Shown piece by piece: positions 35,267-40,165 of a DNA stretch of 40,165 nt. The stretch is from Alistipes sp. GTDB lineage: Bacteria; Bacteroidota; Bacteroidia; Bacteroidales; Rikenellaceae. Every line of letters begins with the position of its first letter. Position 1 is the first letter of the stretch. The notes under the pieces are model-generated. The model made no database searches and was not told where the DNA came from. It was given only the letters and a program-made list of their open reading frames with translations. Made by a program: the position numbers and the translations under genes. The DNA is taken from positions 1 through 40,165 of the forward strand of contig JAZNTY010000108.1 in NCBI GenBank assembly GCA_045592005.1, written 5' to 3'.

Positions 35267-36955
35267 ATGAAAAGACTACTAACCATCATCTCATCTCTCC
35301 TCTTCTTATGCAGTTGCTCTGAGGAGATGATTATCGAAAATCGCTACATTGCCGCAGAGCATCCACATGTATTCTTATACACCTACAATCAAGAGATTAA
35401 TGCTATGGAGATAGCGGACACTCTCAGCCGTGGACAGCTAATACAAGCAGCTGTAAATATCGAAAAGAGCGTAGGTGAGAAGAGCTATATGCGCATACTT
35501 CCTGAAGGCGAGAAGAGAGAGTTGTATATTCCCAGCACCTCATGTGTAACAAGCCCTGAGGAGGTTGTGCAGGAGCAAGATATATATGTACGCATACCTG
35601 CTGCCGTTATTGCCGACACTCAAACCTCGGCTGTAGCCACCCTTGCCAAAAAGGGCGACAAACTTCAGGACTTAGGCTTTGATACAGTAGACGAGCAAGG
35701 CAAAGTAAACCGATACAAGGTGCTTGCTAATGGGTCTGAGGGTTGGCTCTGGAGCAAATATACCGCTTTTAGCAAGGAGGAAGCACTAAAAAAGTACAAA
35801 TCAGGCAAGTATGACAAGATACATGACTCTCGTCGCAATCCGTGGGGCGGTGGCAAAGCTTCAGGCTGTGACTACAACCCCGTAGAGAGAGTGGTCTTTG
35901 AAGAGAACAAAATGCCGGAGGCTTGCTATGCGCTCTATCTTAACTGCGCCGTTTTAGGTAATATCGAGAACTACATCGCCTTAGCGCGCCGTAGTAAGAT
36001 AAATACCTTTGTTATCGATATCAAGGACAATGGCGCTCCAGGCTACAAGGCTGAGGCTATGAAAAAATACTCGCCAACAAACTACCAAAAGGCTCCTTCT
36101 GCCGGATATAAACTCTACAAAAATGCCGTTACACGCCTTCATGAGGAGGGCTTTTATGTGGTGGGTCGTATAACCTGTTTCAAAGATAGTTATTTTGTCA
36201 AGGACCACCCAGAGTGCGCCATTACCGCTAAGTCGACCGGCGCCCCTTACAAACACAACAAAGCGTACTGGCCAAGTCCATATGACCGCAAAGTATGGCT
36301 CTTCAATATTGCTTTGGCAAAGGAGTCTGTGCGCGAGTTTGGCTTTAACGAGATTAACTTCGACTATGTTCGTTTCCCGGACCGTATGACAAAGATTGAG
36401 GGACTTATCAACTATCACAACCGCTATAACGAGAGTAAAGTGCAGGCAATTCAGCGCTTTGTGCAATATGCTTGTGACGAGCTACACGCTGTCGGAGCTT
36501 ATGTATCTATCGATGTCTTTGGCGAGTGTGTAAACACCTATACCACAGCCTACGGTCAGTATTGGCCCGCAATATCCAATGTCGCCGATGTTATCTGCGG
36601 TATGCCTTATCCAGACCACTTTGCCCGTAACTCATACGGCTTAAAAAAACCGTGGAACTCGCCTTACGCATTAATGAATAAGTGGGGTTCCCGTGCTGCA
36701 GATCGTCAAAAAGAGTGTCCAACACCTGCTATCGTGCGCACCTGGGTACAGGCATACGATGTTATGCGCTATGTTGACAAAAATGGCATAAAGTACAACG
36801 CCGACAATGTTGAGCGCGAGATACGCGGTCTATATGACGCCGGTCTTACAGGCGGATATATTCCATGGAACTCAGCCTCTAATATCGAGAAGTACAAAGA
36901 ACAGTTAGGCGCCTACAAGATAGACTACCTCAAGGAGTGGAAGCGAAAAAATTAA
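35267..36955 (+). CDS. Lipoprotein with putative glycoside hydrolase domain (DUF4015-like)
   Basis: Lipobox-like FLCSC, VIDIKD, GRITCFKD, GFNEINFDYVRFPD, SIDVFG, MPYPDHF. TAAATTTG at 35225-35232. Confidence 0.82.
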   Translation: MKRLLTIISSLLFLCSCSEEMIIENRYIAAEHPHVFLYTYNQEINAMEIADTLSRGQLIQAAVNIEKSVGEKSYMRILPEGEKRELYIPSTSCVTSPEEVVQEQDIYVRIPAAVIADTQTSAVATLAKKGDKLQDLGFDTVDEQGKVNRYKVLANGSEGWLWSKYTAFSKEEALKKYKSGKYDKIHDSRRNPWGGGKASGCDYNPVERVVFEENKMPEACYALYLNCAVLGNIENYIALARRSKINTFVIDIKDNGAPGYKAEAMKKYSPTNYQKAPSAGYKLYKNAVTRLHEEGFYVVGRITCFKDSYFVKDHPECAITAKSTGAPYKHNKAYWPSPYDRKVWLFNIALAKESVREFGFNEINFDYVRFPDRMTKIEGLINYHNRYNESKVQAIQRFVQYACDELHAVGAYVSIDVFGECVNTYTTAYGQYWPAISNVADVICGMPYPDHFARNSYGLKKPWNSPYALMNKWGSRAADRQKECPTPAIVRTWVQAYDVMRYVDKNGIKYNADNVEREIRGLYDAGLTGGYIPWNSASNIEKYKEQLGAYKIDYLKEWKRKN

Positions 36956-37039
36956 CTCTTCAAAGGAGATAGAAGCCTCTAAATTTGTGAAATAAAAAAT
37001 TTTGTAGTAACTTTGCGGACTAAAAGCGCAAAACACCTT

Positions 37040-37528
37040 ATGGAGAGATATATCGTCGATAGTGAAAAGTTGCGTTCCAAAGAGCTCACTCTCCCGCTCA
37101 GCGTGGGTTTAGAGCTGTTTGAGGCTATGGAGAATAGCGAGTTTGAGGATGCTAAGTTTGAGTTCGAACTTCGTATCTGCAACGCCAACCAGCACACTAC
37201 CAATATCGCCATTGCAGGTGCAGGTTATGTTGTTACCCCGTGTGACCGCTGCTTAGACCCCCTTAAGGTCGACCTGACTCCGCAATCCGATATGGTTGTC
37301 CACTTTGACGAGAATGACCTCAAACCTTTTGACGGTTTACAGACCACTATAGGTCCGCGTGATAGCTTGTCGTTAGTACAGTTTATCTACGACACTATCA
37401 TCCTATCGATGCCTGCAATACGCACACATCAAAAGGAGGAGTGCAACCCCGCAATGTTAGCCTACATCAGCAACTCCGACGAGGAGGAACTTGAGACGGA
37501 GGAGTTTGAAGGTCAAGAGCTCGACTAA
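37040..37528 (+). CDS. yceD: YceD/DUF177 family protein
   Basis: CDRCL, FIYDTIILSMP..H..ECNP. Immediately upstream of rpmF. TAACTTTG at 37008-37015. Confidence 0.85.
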   Translation: MERYIVDSEKLRSKELTLPLSVGLELFEAMENSEFEDAKFEFELRICNANQHTTNIAIAGAGYVVTPCDRCLDPLKVDLTPQSDMVVHFDENDLKPFDGLQTTIGPRDSLSLVQFIYDTIILSMPAIRTHQKEECNPAMLAYISNSDEEELETEEFEGQELD

Positions 37529-37570
37529 GATGTAATGACGAATTTTTAACAACTTTATAATAGTAACATT

Positions 37571-37753
37571 ATGGCACATCCAAAACACAAAGTCTCGTCT
37601 ACTCGACGCGACAAAAGAAGAACCCACTACAAGGCTGTAGTTCCTACTGTAGTGGTTTGCTCTAACTGCGGTGCATCTGTACTCTATCACAGAGTTTGCC
37701 CTGAGTGCGGTTTCTATCGTGGCAAGTTGGCTATCGAGAAGAAGGCTGAGTAG
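37571..37753 (+). CDS. rpmF: 50S ribosomal protein L32 (zinc-binding form)
   Basis: MAHPKHKVS..RRDKRRTH, CSNC, HRVCPECGFYRG. Confidence 0.97.
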   Translation: MAHPKHKVSSTRRDKRRTHYKAVVPTVVVCSNCGASVLYHRVCPECGFYRGKLAIEKKAE

Positions 37754-37766
37754 TGAGCAACTAACG

Positions 37767-37800
37767 CCAATAAAGCATCGTTTCGACGATGCTTTATTGG
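37767..37800 (+). terminator. 15-bp hairpin with UUCG loop after rpmF (terminator or mRNA-stabilising stem)
   Basis: CCAATAAAGCATCGT-TTCG-ACGATGCTTTATTGG with no clear U-tract. Confidence 0.6.
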
Positions 37801-37835
37801 TATCAATAGGTAAGTAACAAGTGGGAATGTAGCGT

Positions 37836-38774
37836 ATGGTTAGAATAGGTATAGATGCTATGGGTGGCGACAATGCCCCTGAAGTGGTAGTCAAGGGCAC
37901 TGTGGCAGCACAGAGGCTCTTGGGCGCGGATGTGCGTCTGGTGCTCTATGGTCAGGAGCAGGCTATCAGAGCCTATCTGCCCGCATCTTGCGATATAGAT
38001 ATTGTCCACACTTCCCAGGTTATCGCTATGCACGACCACCCTGCCGAGAGTTTTATCCAGAAGCGCGACTCCAGCATTGTGGTGGCTTTTAACGACTTAG
38101 CTGCGGGCAAGATTGATGCCTTAGCCAGCGCCGGCTCCACAGGAGCGATGCTTATCGGTGCTATGAGAGTCATCGGTCCTTTGCCAGGCGTACTTAGACC
38201 CGCCATAGCTATATCCATACCCAGCATTGCCGGCTCAAAAGTCACAATTCTCGATATAGGCATTAATGTAGATTGCAAACCTGAAGTATTGGAACAATAT
38301 GGCGCCATAGGCTCCATATACAGCAACAGGGTGCTGGGCATAGACAATCCACGCGTGGCACTGCTAAACATTGGCGAGGAGGCTACTAAAGGAAATAGCC
38401 AGGCAAAGGCTACATACGCCCTTATGCAGGCATCCTCTGAACAGGGGCGCTACAACTTTGTAGGCAATATCGAAGCCTCGCAACTCTTTACCGGCACTGT
38501 TGCCGATGTTGTGGTATGCGACGGTTTTGTTGGCAACACTATCATAAAGCTTACCGAGGGACTTCATGCCATAAACAGCCAGGCGGCGCTGATGAACAAT
38601 TTCTGGCACGGTCTGAACTACGAAACTATCGGTGGCACCCCTATTTTAGGCATCTCTGCCCCCGTTACTGTCGCTCATGGCAAATCTACCCCTGAGGCGA
38701 TAAAAAATATGATTCTCGCCACCTTCTCGGCGCTTCAATCGGAACTTATCTCAGCCATTAAGGAGAGGGTGTAA
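37836..38774 (+). CDS. plsX: Phosphate acyltransferase PlsX
   Basis: IGIDAMGGDNAP, SAGSTGA, LLNIGEE..KG, VCDGFVGN, HGKS. Confidence 0.95.
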   Translation: MVRIGIDAMGGDNAPEVVVKGTVAAQRLLGADVRLVLYGQEQAIRAYLPASCDIDIVHTSQVIAMHDHPAESFIQKRDSSIVVAFNDLAAGKIDALASAGSTGAMLIGAMRVIGPLPGVLRPAIAISIPSIAGSKVTILDIGINVDCKPEVLEQYGAIGSIYSNRVLGIDNPRVALLNIGEEATKGNSQAKATYALMQASSEQGRYNFVGNIEASQLFTGTVADVVVCDGFVGNTIIKLTEGLHAINSQAALMNNFWHGLNYETIGGTPILGISAPVTVAHGKSTPEAIKNMILATFSALQSELISAIKERV

Positions 38775-38810
38775 TTCTGCCGCAACAGCTCAATACGCCC
38801 CCACACCAAT

Positions 38811-39482
38811 ATGAAACACATCAGCTACATATTCATTCTACTATCACTGCTTTTGGTCGCTCTTATTCCGTTGCAGCCTATGCGACGCATGCCAAGAGTT
38901 GTGGAGCAGGCTCCAGAAATGCTCCTATCTGAGGGAGAGTACCTTTTTTCTCCCTACGATGCAATCTTTAAGCGTGTAGCACGCCGCCACAACTTAGATT
39001 GGACTCTGTTAGCGGCTATCGCCAGCTGCGAATCACACTTTAACGCCTCGGCTTGCTCGGAGCGGGGTGCTGTGGGACTTATGCAGGTTATGCCACATAT
39101 TGCTCGCCATTGGGATGTCTCTGAGCAAGAACTGCTCGACCCCGCAATAAATATAGATGTTGCCTGCCGTATCTACCGCTCTACCCGACGCCAACTCTCC
39201 CTTCCGCGTGGCGTGTCGGAAATAGACGCTATAGCCTTTACCGTAGCAGCATATAACTGCGGCGCTTCGCGTATTATCGATGCCCAAAATCTCGCCGAGT
39301 ACTACGACGACCCTAAGTATGAATGGGACTCTGTTGCTGACTACCTGCTGCTGCTTGGCGACGAAGAGTTCTACAACCATGAGGCAGTTGTTGGTGGTCA
39401 ATTTTCTCAGGGACATATCACTATCGCCTATACTAACCGCGTTCTTGAGCGCTACCGCCGCTACAGCACAATGATAAAATAG
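38811..39482 (+). CDS. Lytic transglycosylase, SLT domain (MltF-like catalytic domain)
   Basis: CES (catalytic Glu), GAVGLMQVMP, AAYNCG, N-terminal anchor. Confidence 0.9.
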   Translation: MKHISYIFILLSLLLVALIPLQPMRRMPRVVEQAPEMLLSEGEYLFSPYDAIFKRVARRHNLDWTLLAAIASCESHFNASACSERGAVGLMQVMPHIARHWDVSEQELLDPAINIDVACRIYRSTRRQLSLPRGVSEIDAIAFTVAAYNCGASRIIDAQNLAEYYDDPKYEWDSVADYLLLLGDEEFYNHEAVVGGQFSQGHITIAYTNRVLERYRRYSTMIK

Positions 39483-39520
39483 GTCCGAGAATAGCAATTT
39501 ATTCCCAGACCTATTTTTTT
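39476..39520. terminator. Bidirectional intrinsic terminator
   Basis: AAAATAGGTC...GACCTATTTT stem, 18 bp with G-U pairs on the - strand, T-tracts on both sides. Confidence 0.8.
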
Positions 39521-39538
39521 ACTCTATAGCAAGTTCTA

Positions 39539-40165
39539 CTACTCCTTTAGACAACGGACGGAGCAGCCTTGACCACGATCGCGAGTTCCCTGGTAAACTG
39601 TGCCACCGTTAAAACTCATATAGTACGCCTTAGAACTGCTGGTGTTTTCTATATAAGAAGAAGCAGTCCAAAAGCAACCAATTAAGCCTACGCTACCCAA
39701 TTCCCCTCTATATCCTTCTTCACCTCCTTTTCGCCGTCCAGCAGCGGGATACCACGCAGTACTGCCATCATCAAGAGCCCAATAGCAACCAAAGTCTGAA
39801 ATCAGCGCTGTATTAATAGTCGTTGTAGAGTATGTTCCCAAATCTACTGCCCAGAACCCAGATGTTCCGCCGTCAGGTACACGATAGCCGACAGGGCATG
39901 GATCGTACAGGCTCTTTTTAGAATCTGATGTATTCCATTCTTTACTACTCCATTTAGTATCCCATTTCATAGGATTATTCAACTCTTCTTCCTTGCTTAA
40001 TGCTACAGGGATGCGCCAACAACCTGTTGAGATAGCGCTTATTGATTCTGTCAACGAACTACTTCCCATAAACGGATCTCTACGACCCCACTGATAGAGC
40101 AGACCGAGTGCACCTACATCGCCTGGAGTTGCTGAGAGAGCACCGAGGTTGCGGTCCATCATCGT
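39539..40165 (-). CDS. C-terminal part of a Bacteroidales surface/fimbrial-tip-like protein (MDRNLGA...YQWGR.DPF; FISUMP/CLec-like); 5' end outside the window
   Basis: MDRNLGA, GLLYQWGRRDPF, YDPCPVGYRVP, YPAAG, G.FWT, GCSVRCLKE. The frame is open to the window edge. Confidence 0.78.
   Translation of the reverse strand, partial: TMMDRNLGALSATPGDVGALGLLYQWGRRDPFMGSSSLTESISAISTGCWRIPVALSKEEELNNPMKWDTKWSSKEWNTSDSKKSLYDPCPVGYRVPDGGTSGFWAVDLGTYSTTTINTALISDFGCYWALDDGSTAWYPAAGRRKGGEEGYRGELGSVGLIGCFWTASSYIENTSSSKAYYMSFNGGTVYQGTRDRGQGCSVRCLKE

Noticed and set aside
1-40165. CRISPR arrays, tRNA/rRNA, IS elements, prophage or defence genes
   Set aside because: No repeat-spacer periodicity, cloverleaf, transposase, integrase, RT or phage motif seen. 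Intergenic gaps are all under about 220 nt.

Overview
Gene-dense chromosomal window from a Bacteroidota member. It looks Rikenellaceae/Alistipes-like, inferred from gene order, protein style and many TAnnTTTG -7 promoter elements. Most of the content is housekeeping: sdhC-sdhA (sdhA runs off the left edge), 5-formyl-THF cyclo-ligase, Nif3/zinc-ribbon pair, rsmF, deoxynucleoside kinase, trkA, yitT, yhcC-type radical SAM, cdd-rluA-dtd, nrdJ, mlaEF and yceD-rpmF-plsX. Four things stand out. (1) A loose sugar-phosphate cluster combines an AlsE-like 3-epimerase, a GatZ/KbaZ-family (4-epimerase-type) protein, a class II aldolase, a glycerophosphodiesterase and an NCS2 permease with a non-canonical signature. 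(2) Two tandem secreted S1/P1 nucleases are present, and the second has lost several Zn ligands. (3) A PEGA-repeat protein carries two tandem CLec/DUF1566-like tips, and its promoter element sits in the loop of a 16-bp inverted repeat. (4) A DGR-target-like C-terminal domain lies at the right edge. Several intergenic segments are structured. I found no tRNA, rRNA, CRISPR array, transposase, integrase or reverse transcriptase. All calls come from reading motifs by eye; no database search was run.
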